Virus record (IMG/VR): IMGVR_UViG_3300041955_000884
Location: 32,001-96,000 of that record
DNA length: 64,000 bases
From: a virus
Direction: 5' to 3' (one strand)
Part shown: positions 47,766 through 55,185 of the stretch, one piece after another
How positions within the stretch are numbered: the first letter of the stretch is position 1
Layout: each line of letters starts with the position of its first letter
Notes under the pieces: model-generated
Database searches by the model: none
What the model was told of the DNA's origin: nothing
The model's input: only the letters and a program-made list of their open reading frames with translations
Program-made: the position numbers and the translations under genes

Positions 47766-48275
47766 CTATTTCGGTGCTGGCCAAATGTCGGCCAGGGTCG
47801 GACGACGCTCGCCGAGGACGAGCGACAGCCTGGATTTCGAGTGCGCTGGCGCTAGGCGGTCGAGCCGTTGCGCAGGCTGGGGCACATTGGCCAACGTCGC
47901 CTCCGAGATCGGCTCGGCATATTGGCCAATCTTGTGCAGGCCCCAGGACGCCGCGACGTGGAATTCGGGCTTGCGGGAGCCAGACGGACCCGGCTTCGCC
48001 ACTGCTCTGACGCACGCCACCGCGCCCCAGCAGTGGCCGCAGGCGGCGCGGAGGTTGTTGCAGTGCCCGCAGACGAGGTGGTGCATTCTCGTGCCCGTGG
48101 GATACTCGTAGCGCCTCGTGCGCGGCAGGATGTGGTCCCGCGTGGCGCTCCGCTTGGCGTGGCCCTCGGGCAGCATCGGGTCGCCGCACTGGGGGCAGCA
48201 GACGGTCTCGCCCATCGCCTTCGCGAGGTCGAACAGGAGCAGCTTCCTCTTCGTGAAGCCCTGCGGCGCGCTCAT
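47766..48275 (-). CDS. HNH-like endonuclease within the tRNA array
   Basis: CPQCG..M, ATRDHILP, CGHCN; promoter TTGCCT-N16-TAGGCT-N6-ATG. Confidence 0.7.
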   Translation of the reverse strand: MSAPQGFTKRKLLLFDLAKAMGETVCCPQCGDPMLPEGHAKRSATRDHILPRTRRYEYPTGTRMHHLVCGHCNNLRAACGHCWGAVACVRAVAKPGPSGSRKPEFHVAASWGLHKIGQYAEPISEATLANVPQPAQRLDRLAPAHSKSRLSLVLGERRPTLADIWPAPK

Positions 48276-48313
48276 GGCGGAAGCCTACCACGCTCGGCGC
48301 CGGAGGCAAGATG

Positions 48314-48397
48314 TGGTGCCGGCGGCAGGCATCGAACCTGCACGCTGCGCGCGGCCCGGTTTAAGCGGGCTGGGTCTACCGATTCCCCCACGCCGGC
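48314..48397 (-). tRNA. tRNA-Leu(TAA)
   Basis: GCCCG-CT TAA AC-CGGGC; CCA. Confidence 0.85.
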
Positions 48398-48400
48398 GAT

Positions 48401-48475
48401 TGGTGGCGCTAGGGGGATTTGAACCCGCCCTTTCCCGGTTGAGAGCCGAGCGGCCTGCCAATAGCCGATAGCGCC
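48401..48475 (-). tRNA. tRNA-Glu(CTC)
   Basis: CTCGG-CT CTC AA-CCGGG; CCA. Confidence 0.85.
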
Positions 48476-48479
48476 GAAA

Positions 48480-48554
48480 TGGAAGCGGGTGCCCGACTCG
48501 AACGAGCGTGAAGGAGGTCAAAGCTCCCCGTCCTGGCCGCTGAACGAACCCGCC
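48480..48554 (-). tRNA. tRNA-Gln(TTG)
   Basis: GGGAG-CT TTG AC-CTCCT; CCA. Confidence 0.8.
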
Positions 48555-48559
48555 GCGAT

Positions 48560-48664
48560 TGGTAGGCGATGACGGTGCCGACCCGTCTCGAACGCCGCCA
48601 GTGCGTAAGGGACCGTCGCCCCCTGGGCCGTCGCCCGCGTTCTGCCCAGCCGGGGCAATCGCCT
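48560..48664 (-). ncRNA. tRNA-like RNA with a branched domain replacing the anticodon loop
   Basis: Acceptor AGGCGAT/ATCGCCT-A-CCA; D and T arms present; no 7-nt anticodon loop. Confidence 0.65.
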
Positions 48665-48702
48665 GCCGAGTTTCTAGCACGTCACATCCGATACCGCAAT
48701 AG

Positions 48703-48776
48703 TGGAAGCCGACCAAGGTGTCGAGCCTTGCCCGACGAGCTTCAGAGGCTCGCGTGCCCAGCCGGGGCGATCGGCC
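48703..48776 (-). tRNA. tRNA-Gln(CTG)
   Basis: CGAGC-CT CTG AA-GCTCG; CCA. Confidence 0.8.
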
Positions 48777-48779
48777 GAA

Positions 48780-48858
48780 TGGTGCTCCTGGCCGCGATTC
48801 GAACGGGCGACCCCCGGGATACAAAGCCGGTGCTCTGGCCAGACTGAGCTACAGGAGC
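48780..48858 (-). tRNA. tRNA-Thr(TGT)
   Basis: CCGG..TT TGT AT..CCGG; canonical D/T arms; CCA. Confidence 0.8.
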
Positions 48859-48859
48859 T

Positions 48860-48936
48860 TGGGGTGACATGCCGGTACCGCCCCGGCCCAAACTGGGCTC
48901 ACAACCCAGCGCAATCGCTTGCCTGCCCATGTCACC
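48860..48936 (-). tRNA. tRNA-His(GTG)
   Basis: G-1:C73; CTGGG-TT GTG AG-CCCAG; CCA. Confidence 0.8.
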
Positions 48937-48944
48937 ATACGCAA

Positions 48945-49323
48945 TCCATCCCGTCGCATCTATGCTCGCCTCGGTGTTACCCGTGGCTAGCCGTATCGCA
49001 CGGCGAACGGGAGCCGGGGCTACCGTCTGTTTCAACGGTGTCGCCGGAGAGGTTTCGAGCCGGCATCGCTATGCTACGGCGGCATCGAAGACGGCTTGCC
49101 GCCGGCGGAGGGGTTAATCCCGCGCATCACCACCCTGGGTCGGGCTCCGCAATCCCCTGATGACTTAGCCGCTTCGCCGCCGGTTCCATGCCCAGCGCCG
49201 CTCGAAAGCTCCCTGCGGGCTAGCCTCGGCGCGCATCCGAAGCCAAGCTGGGCCAGCCTTAGAACCACCGCAGCGCTGGCCCGTCGCCCGCGTGGAAGGC
49301 TTCGCGTCTGTCCGCGATGCCGC
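48945..49323 (-). ncRNA. Large structured ncRNA, possibly GOLLD-like
   Basis: About 380 nt with no credible ORF; many helices including GCGGCATCG/CGATGCCGC long-range pairing. Confidence 0.6.
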
Positions 49324-49330
49324 AGGAAGG

Positions 49331-49406
49331 TGGAGAAGCGCCACAGAGTCGAACTGCGTGATGCGGGGTTGCAATCCGCCACCCAAGGCCGTCGGGTTCG
49401 CGCTTC
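49331..49406 (-). tRNA. tRNA-Cys(GCA)
   Basis: GCGG..TT GCA AC..CCGC; U73; CCA. Confidence 0.8.
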
Positions 49407-49411
49407 AATCT

Positions 49412-49485
49412 TGGCAGGGGCGTGAGGAATTGGACCCCATCTAGCTGGGTTGGAGCCAGCCGTGCTGCCGTAACACTTCGCCCCC
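49412..49485 (-). tRNA. tRNA-Trp(CCA)
   Basis: GCTGG-CT CCA AC-CCAGC; CCA. Confidence 0.85.
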
Positions 49486-49489
49486 AAGT

Positions 49490-49564
49490 TGGCTCCAGAG
49501 GCAGGACTTGAACCTGCAACCTCACGGTTAACGGCCGTTTGCTCAGCCATTGAGCTACTCTGGA
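49490..49564 (-). tRNA. tRNA-Asn(GTT)
   Basis: ACGG-CC GTT AA-CCGT; CCA. Confidence 0.85.
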
Positions 49565-49683
49565 AAACTCGTCTGGCGCTCGGCCCTCTCGGGCCAGACT
49601 TTCCGGGCTACCCACCAGCGCGTTGCCATGGCTCGCTGGCCTCTATCCGTTATGGACTCGGGGTGACCGAGTCACGCCATGCT

Positions 49684-49759
49684 TGGAGCGGGATGCCGGG
49701 GACGATCCGAGCTTCACTGGTTTGGAAGACCAGCACAGTTACCGAACTGCAAATCCCGC
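49684..49759 (-). tRNA. tRNA-Gly(TCC)
   Basis: CTGGT-CT TCC AA-ACCAG; U73; CCA. Confidence 0.8.
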
Positions 49760-50334
49760 GAAATGGTGCCAGCGCCTGGTTTCGCGCCAGGGTCTTCGCT
49801 TTTTCGGAGCGACGCTTCCACTAGGTTAGCTTCGCTGGCCATTGGCAGGGAAGTCCACGCCTTGCCGAGCTTGATGCGGCTTATCATGTCCTCCGTCACG
49901 CGAAAACTTGTTGCTATCGAACGGCCAGTTCGGCCAGATGCCAGGAAGCGGCGAATCTCATGCACATCACGCTCCGACAGCTTAGCGTTTCCATTTGACG
50001 CCCCCACGGAGGGCGGCAGGTTGCCCTTCGGGCGACGCCCCTTCCTGGCACTGTCCCGCATATTTTCGGCGTTCGTTCCGAGCCACAGGTGACGCGGATT
50101 GCAGCAGGGCGGGTTGTCGCAAGAATGGCAGACGCAAAGGCCGCAGGTCGGTCCCTTCGCTATCTCGTAAGCGACGGCATGTGCCCGCCGAGAGCGGAGC
50201 GTTGGCCTGCTTTGCTTGAACCGACCGTACCCGTCATCGTCAATCTGGCGAGTCCACGGCCAGCACTCGTCAGGCCCGCGGATGTCAACCTTTGACCAAA
50301 AGCGCGCAATCGCCTTATCGTCGTGAATAGCCAT
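49714..50334 (-). CDS. HNH homing endonuclease whose ORF reads into tRNA-Phe and tRNA-Gly
   Basis: RFWSKVD...CWPW, AH..AY, CHSCDNP.CCNP.HL.LGT..EN; GAGGAG SD. Confidence 0.9.
   Translation of the reverse strand: MAIHDDKAIARFWSKVDIRGPDECWPWTRQIDDDGYGRFKQSRPTLRSRRAHAVAYEIAKGPTCGLCVCHSCDNPPCCNPRHLWLGTNAENMRDSARKGRRPKGNLPPSVGASNGNAKLSERDVHEIRRFLASGRTGRSIATSFRVTEDMISRIKLGKAWTSLPMASEANLVEASLRKSEDPGAKPGAGTISRDLQFGNCAGLPNQ
49764..49839 (-). tRNA. tRNA-Phe(GAA)
   Basis: TCGCT-CC GAA AA-AGCGA; CCA. Confidence 0.85.
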
Positions 50335-50432
50335 ATCGGCCGTCTCCTCGGCTGGCGTGGTCAGGACCGCCGGGGCGTTCACAGCGCTCCGGCGGCCCGA
50401 GATTTCTAGTCGAAATGTCCAGCCGAAGCAAT

Positions 50433-50504
50433 TGGTTGCAGGGGAGCGAGTCGCACGCTCTGTGGAAAATTTATGAGACTTTCTGGCCTCTGAGGCTCCC
50501 TGCA
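50433..50504 (-). tRNA. tRNA-Met/Ile2(CAT)
   Basis: AAAGT-CT CAT AA-ATTTT; CCA. Confidence 0.7.
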
Positions 50505-50509
50505 ATAAC

Positions 50510-50583
50510 TGGTGGGCGCGCGACGAATCGGACGCCGGTCAAGCCTTTATGAGAGGCTCGCTCTTCCATTGAGCTACACGCCC
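50510..50583 (-). tRNA. tRNA-Ile2/Met(CAT)
   Basis: AGCCT-CT CAT AA-AGGCT; CCA. Confidence 0.8.
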
Positions 50584-50596
50584 GTCGCGTGGAATT

Positions 50597-50671
50597 TGGA
50601 GCTGACGCCCGGTACCGCCCCGGGTGATACTGATTGGCAACCAGTCCCGCAACCTTTCGCGGACCGCCAGC
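50597..50671 (-). tRNA. tRNA-Gly(GCC)
   Basis: ACTGG-TT GCC AA-TCAGT; U73; CCA. Confidence 0.75.
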
Positions 50672-50733
50672 TAAGACATGAACGAATCTCGCCCGACCTG
50701 GCGACGACACGGCCAGGTCGGGCATTCGTGAAA

Positions 50734-50808
50734 TGGTGGAGGCGCGGATAGTCGAAATCCGAGACAGCAATCTTGCAAGGATAGCCCGCTGGTCCGCAGC
50801 TCGCCCCC
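50734..50808 (-). tRNA. tRNA-Ala(TGC)
   Basis: G3:U70; CT TGC AA loop; CCA. Confidence 0.75.
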
Positions 50809-50860
50809 GTCGGGCCGCTTGGCAGGCGGCCCGTAGTCATGTGGACGTATTCACAGCCTC

Positions 50861-50898
50861 AAAGAACAAAAGCCCCCGAGAGTTTCCTCCGGGGGCTT
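50861..50898 (-). terminator. Intrinsic terminator (attenuator) upstream of the tRNA array
   Basis: AAGCCCCCGGAG-GAAA-CTCTCGGGGGCTT followed by TTGTTCTTT. Confidence 0.85.
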
Positions 50899-50934
50899 GG
50901 TCGTGTACGCTTCCACAGTCAAAGCCAGAAGCGG

Positions 50935-51057
50935 TTACAAGGCCAAGCCCTCGGCGTTCGGCTGATGCGTCGCGGACTTCCCGCCCAAGCTACGCCGCAC
51001 GGTGGGTTTTATGCCGCGTCGTTCGGCGTAGCCAGGAAAGGAGGTCCAGAGTGACAT
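50935..51057 (-). CDS. Putative leaderless leader peptide (40 aa) of the tRNA-array attenuator
   Basis: MSLWTSFPGYAERRGIKPTVRRSLGGKSATHQPNAEGLAL*; last codons and stop lie inside the antiterminator. Confidence 0.65.
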   Translation of the reverse strand: MSLWTSFPGYAERRGIKPTVRRSLGGKSATHQPNAEGLAL

Positions 51058-51064
51058 CGCTGCC

Positions 51065-51094
51065 CTTATGCGGGCGGCGGCGGGGGCGTGTCAA
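51065..51094 (-). promoter_or_regulatory. sigma70-like promoter of the tRNA array
   Basis: TTGACA-N18-CATAAG-N7-ATG. Confidence 0.7.
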
Positions 51095-51539
51095 GCCCTG
51101 AATCGCACCGGAGCGGCGCGTTCGCGATTTCGAGGAGGACGGTGGCGTGGCATGCTTGGTCCAGGCGGCACCAGCAGGCGAGGTCCTTGCCGCGAAGTTC
51201 GCGGCGCACATCATCAATGGTTGTCGCGTCCATGCTGGGAATTTTTCCTTTTGGCCATGGGAGCGCAACAGGAATCCACGCGCCTTCCTTGGCGAGCATC
51301 GAGCGGAACGCAGCAACCGCCAGTTGGGCGTCCATTGGAAAGCGCTGCCCATTCTGCATGCGATCAGAATGAACGACGAACGGATTGCCCCACTTCGATC
51401 CGCGTCCGACGTAGACGGCTCCCTCTGGCATCCGCCAGCCCTTCGTCCGGCGCCGCTGGATTCGCCGTGGAGCGAAGGCGCAGACGCGGGCCTCACGGCA
51501 GCGCGCTGGCCCTGGGCAGTAGTCGCATGCCTCGGTCAT
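51066..51539 (-). CDS. DUF4326-family protein
   Basis: VYVGRGSKWGNPF...ELRGKDLACWC...CHA.VL. Confidence 0.85.
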   Translation of the reverse strand: MTEACDYCPGPARCREARVCAFAPRRIQRRRTKGWRMPEGAVYVGRGSKWGNPFVVHSDRMQNGQRFPMDAQLAVAAFRSMLAKEGAWIPVALPWPKGKIPSMDATTIDDVRRELRGKDLACWCRLDQACHATVLLEIANAPLRCDSGLDTPPPPPA

Positions 51540-52138
51540 CAATCCGCCGCCTGGGCGAACAGCGGCGCGTCGCGACGCCGGAACACCGTGACGACCCGGA
51601 AGCGGTGGTTCGTGCTCTTCACCATGCCGATGACGGCTTCCATCTCGAAGGCGTCCTTGCGATACATCGGTAGCACTTGGTCGAGCCAGACGATGTGCGT
51701 TCCTGGCGCCAGCCGCCCCAAGGCGCTCATCACCGCATTTCGCTTCACCATCGTCGTCCGGTAGCGCTCGGCGTCCTCGACGGAGTAGGGCGGGTCGGCC
51801 AGAACAAGGTCGTAGCGCTCCAGTGGCACGCGCTCCAGCGTCTGGGCGTCGTCCACGAACGTCGGCGCCAGCTCCGCGTTCACGTCCACGGTATCGCCGG
51901 GCATCGCGGCAAGGTCCACGCGGCCAGAGAACAGGTGCAGGAGGCGCTCCTTGTCGGGGAACAGAGCCTTGATTCGTCGAAGATATCCGGCCGGATAGCC
52001 GCCGTAATAGGCCGACTTCACGCGGTAGTCGTTCCCCATAATCCAGGTGCCGACGACGCGGCCGTCCTCGCCGATAAACAGGCTCCGCGGAAAGCCCGTG
52101 GCGCGGACGTAGTTGTCGATGCGCTCCTGCCAGTTCAT
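51539..52138 (-). CDS. Small amino-methyltransferase (DPPY)
   Basis: YYGGYP.GYL, LHLFSG, LADPPYS. Confidence 0.75.
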   Translation of the reverse strand: MNWQERIDNYVRATGFPRSLFIGEDGRVVGTWIMGNDYRVKSAYYGGYPAGYLRRIKALFPDKERLLHLFSGRVDLAAMPGDTVDVNAELAPTFVDDAQTLERVPLERYDLVLADPPYSVEDAERYRTTMVKRNAVMSALGRLAPGTHIVWLDQVLPMYRKDAFEMEAVIGMVKSTNHRFRVVTVFRRRDAPLFAQAAD

Positions 52139-52184
52139 GGCAGCACCGCCCTGCCAATGGTCTCCGAACGCGCCATGGGCGGCG

Positions 52185-52409
52185 TCAGCGCGGCCAGAGG
52201 CGGATTTGGTGTGGCGGGGCGTAGCATTCGCCGCCGACATCCAGCCTTACGCGCCAGCGCCTCCAGCCGAGGCCATATTCCTCGAAGGCGATGATCTCGC
52301 CGGCTTCGCCTGTCCACGGATGGGCGCCGACGATACAGACACGGTCGCCGGCCTTCATCCGGTTCTGCGGCGGGATGGCGACGAAATCGTTGGGCTTCTT
52401 CACGCTCAT
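52185..52409 (-). CDS. Small KOW/SH3-like protein
   Basis: GDRVCIVG.HPW.G..GEI. Confidence 0.55.
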   Translation of the reverse strand: MSVKKPNDFVAIPPQNRMKAGDRVCIVGAHPWTGEAGEIIAFEEYGLGWRRWRVRLDVGGECYAPPHQIRLWPR

Positions 52410-52750
52410 GCCGCCATCCTGCCGCAACCGCGCCGCTGGCGCAATAGTCACCAGCCGCGAATCCAGCCCCGCACGGCGTCCACGACCCGCCCCAGCCGGC
52501 AGGACAACCTCCACGGGCATGGCCCCGCCGGCATGGCGTGCTCGACCTGCTCCGCCCAGGCGCCGATGCGGGCCGCGAGTTCGGACGCCGCCGCCGCCTG
52601 CTTCATCAGCCGCTGCTCCCGGAAGGCCACTGCCAGCGCACGCTGCTTCCCCACCTCGATTCGCATCTGGGCGGCGAGTTCGCGCGCGAGCCTGGGCTGC
52701 AATCCAAGCACGGGCCGAGTGTGCCCGAGCCGCCGCCGCCGCGCAACCGC

Positions 52751-53404
52751 TCAGTCGGCCGCGAGCTTCAGCGGGAGCTGGGCGGCGGCTTCGGCAACCT
52801 TCCTTGCGGCCGTCTTCGCGCGCCTGCCGGCGAGCAGCGCCGCGTGCTGGCGCGCGCGCTTCTCCGGCGGGGACGCGGCCCACCTCGCCGTCTGCGCGGC
52901 GCTGCGTTTGGCCCTGAGCGCCGGGTCGGCGGAGGCGGCTCGCATATTGGCCCGCACCTGGTCGCTTACGGGACCCCGTTTTCCGCGCTTCCCGCGCATT
53001 GCGGCCCTGTGTTTCTCGGTCTTCGGCTTGCCGGTGAGGGCAGCGCGAATCCTCTCCTTTCCGGCCTCCGGCATCTTAAAATCCAGAAGGCTTCCGGCCT
53101 TCGGCGCAAGATTGTAGCCGCGGTCGCGGTCGGCGGCACCGAGACGGTCAATCCATATCTGCTCGCGTTCCCTGAGCGTCGCCTTATCCTCGACGACCTC
53201 TAGGATTTCCCAGATGAATGCCTCGGGGCCGTACATGTTCCAGGCGCTCTGGAGATGTACGTTGTGGTGTCGGCCGGCCTCGAGGTCCTTTCGGTGCTTC
53301 GACCTACGCACCGAATAGTTCACTCCGGAGCCGACGTAGAGCCGCCCCGTGACGACGTTCCTGATGACATAGACGGCGGGGACGCATACTCTCTGCTTAG
53401 CCAC
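52751..53404 (-). CDS. GIY-YIG homing endonuclease with NUMOD3-like tail
   Basis: AVYVIRN..TG..YVGS, H.N.HLQ.AW..YG, REQ.W, GYN; GAGGAG SD. Confidence 0.92.
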   Translation of the reverse strand: MAKQRVCVPAVYVIRNVVTGRLYVGSGVNYSVRRSKHRKDLEAGRHHNVHLQSAWNMYGPEAFIWEILEVVEDKATLREREQIWIDRLGAADRDRGYNLAPKAGSLLDFKMPEAGKERIRAALTGKPKTEKHRAAMRGKRGKRGPVSDQVRANMRAASADPALRAKRSAAQTARWAASPPEKRARQHAALLAGRRAKTAARKVAEAAAQLPLKLAAD

Positions 53405-53478
53405 GGCAATTTCTCCTCGGTTGCCGGAGGTCAGGAGCGCGACGCCGCTGGAACGGCGTCGCGTTCCGCTTTTGTACC

Positions 53479-55185
53479 CTAGCTCGGCGGCGCTGGCAAT
53501 CCAGAAGATGGCGCGAAAGGCGTCGCTGGCATTTCGACATTTGCCGCCGTCGGCCGATCGCAGGTTACCTCCATGACGCCAAGATGAGTCGTGGCATACG
53601 TAACGTCGAGGTCGCACCATGCAGTGAACCCCGCCTCCCTGGCCTTGACAATCATGAACAGGTCTTCGGAAAAGTAGCGCTCAGGGCTGCCGGAGTCGAC
53701 CGCGACCTCGTAATTATCCATCAACCAAGCACCGAACGGCGTGGCGTCAATCGAGGCGAGCACGTCATCTGGTGGGACCTTCGTGAAATACTCCCGCATC
53801 TGGTTTTTGAACGCGTCGAGGTTGTCTTTCCCAGCCCAGCGGTAGCATTCCGCGTACCATGGCCATCCGAGCCGACGATATATATCGGCCCTGACGAGCA
53901 GTACGCCTCCCGGCAAAAGCTCGGCTTCAACGAGGCCACCCTTCGCCAACTCCTCCGGCGGCGGCGGAGGTCCCTTGAGCCGGCCGAGCGTGGAGTACGG
54001 CTTCGTTCTCCGATTGTACGTGGCGCCGACAATATCTTTGTTGTGCCGCAGAAACTTGACAATAGTGTCTGGCGGCACGACCATGTCGCTGTCCAACCAG
54101 AAAACATAGTCGCAGTTCTGCTCAAGGGCTATCTGCACGATACTGTTCCTACCGTGCGTGACAGACGAAGTCTGAACGTTGAGTAGCGTGCAATCCAGGC
54201 CTGCAAGTGATGTATAGCTGGCCAGCGCCGCGATGCAGTTGGCGGTGGTCGCCTCGTACGTTCTACCACTTGGGGTTGCAATGGCAACCCGCAACTTCCT
54301 CGGCTGCTGTTTGGCGAGGTCGGCCATCATCTTCACGGCGTGGGCCTTGACCTCAGCATACGCGGCGTAGGGCGGCTCGGCGCCAGCGGGGGCGGCCCAG
54401 CGCTCCAGGAAGGCGGGGTGCTTGAGGTGCGCGATGCGGGCTGCGGCGATTTGCTGGCGGCGCGGCAGATCGGCCAGGGCGCGCTTGCCTTCATCGCCCT
54501 CCTTCCCCCAGGCAGCCTCGATGAGTTGGATGCCCTCCTTCAGCCGGACGGGATTGAGGGCGTGGAAGAAGTCGCACCAGAAGGGAAGCTCGTAGCGACC
54601 GCCGGTGGTGTCGCCCTGGCCATCGGGGGCGCCGAGCTTCACGTCAATCTCGAAGCGGACGCCGAGGAGAACGCCGAGCTGGTCCCAATGGGTGTCGATG
54701 AACCAATAGGGGTAGCAGGGCGGCATCACGAAGCCGACGGCGCGCTCCATCTGGCGGGTGATGATGGGGAAGGCGGCGTGGTCGGGATGGAAGTCGTCCT
54801 TGGGGTAAGCGACGCCGATGCCGTTCGGGAGCTTCGCGACGGCCTCGCGGAACTTCGCCGGCCAGCCATCGGTCTCCATGACGCGGTCGTTGGCGCAGAA
54901 CCAGAGGATGTCGCCCTTGGCCTCGAGGGCGAGCTGGTTGATCTTCTGCCCGAGCGTGAGCGGGCGTGGCCAGCGGAACACGTGGACATTGTGGCGGAAG
55001 GGCGGCTCGTCGGCCGAATGCGTCTCATCGTCCTCGTCTATGGCGATGCACGCTTCCCACCGCTGGTCATCGCCTGCGGTGTCAACGAGTGAGTAGATAA
55101 GGCGCCGCAGCCCGTCCGGTCGCCCTCTCTCGGGGATGAGGACGGAAATCATCGGCTTCTCGCGGCGCAGTCTGGCCTCGCCCAT
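53479..55185 (-). CDS. Tandem GT-A (GT2-like) glycosyltransferase
   Basis: ISVLIPERGRP...ND...YWFID; second domain GRN, WLDSDM, SEDLF. Confidence 0.82.
   Translation of the reverse strand: MGEARLRREKPMISVLIPERGRPDGLRRLIYSLVDTAGDDQRWEACIAIDEDDETHSADEPPFRHNVHVFRWPRPLTLGQKINQLALEAKGDILWFCANDRVMETDGWPAKFREAVAKLPNGIGVAYPKDDFHPDHAAFPIITRQMERAVGFVMPPCYPYWFIDTHWDQLGVLLGVRFEIDVKLGAPDGQGDTTGGRYELPFWCDFFHALNPVRLKEGIQLIEAAWGKEGDEGKRALADLPRRQQIAAARIAHLKHPAFLERWAAPAGAEPPYAAYAEVKAHAVKMMADLAKQQPRKLRVAIATPSGRTYEATTANCIAALASYTSLAGLDCTLLNVQTSSVTHGRNSIVQIALEQNCDYVFWLDSDMVVPPDTIVKFLRHNKDIVGATYNRRTKPYSTLGRLKGPPPPPEELAKGGLVEAELLPGGVLLVRADIYRRLGWPWYAECYRWAGKDNLDAFKNQMREYFTKVPPDDVLASIDATPFGAWLMDNYEVAVDSGSPERYFSEDLFMIVKAREAGFTAWCDLDVTYATTHLGVMEVTCDRPTAANVEMPATPFAPSSGLPAPPS

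Noticed and set aside
45746-49829. Short ORFs across the tRNA array
   Set aside because: They overlap tRNA/ncRNA genes and have no protein features (except the HNH genes listed)
50682-50728. Strong 12-bp hairpin between tRNA-Ala and tRNA-Gly
   Set aside because: No U-tract or CCA; cannot assign a function beyond a spacer or processing structure
45216-50808. CRISPR-like periodic repeats
   Set aside because: Periodicity is from tRNA genes (TGG = CCA ends, T arms); no identical repeats or cas genes
14320-52770. Identical LKLAAD C-termini on an HNH and the GIY-YIG (SsrA-like degron?)
   Set aside because: Only six residues, and a terminal Asp would weaken ClpX recognition; insufficient support
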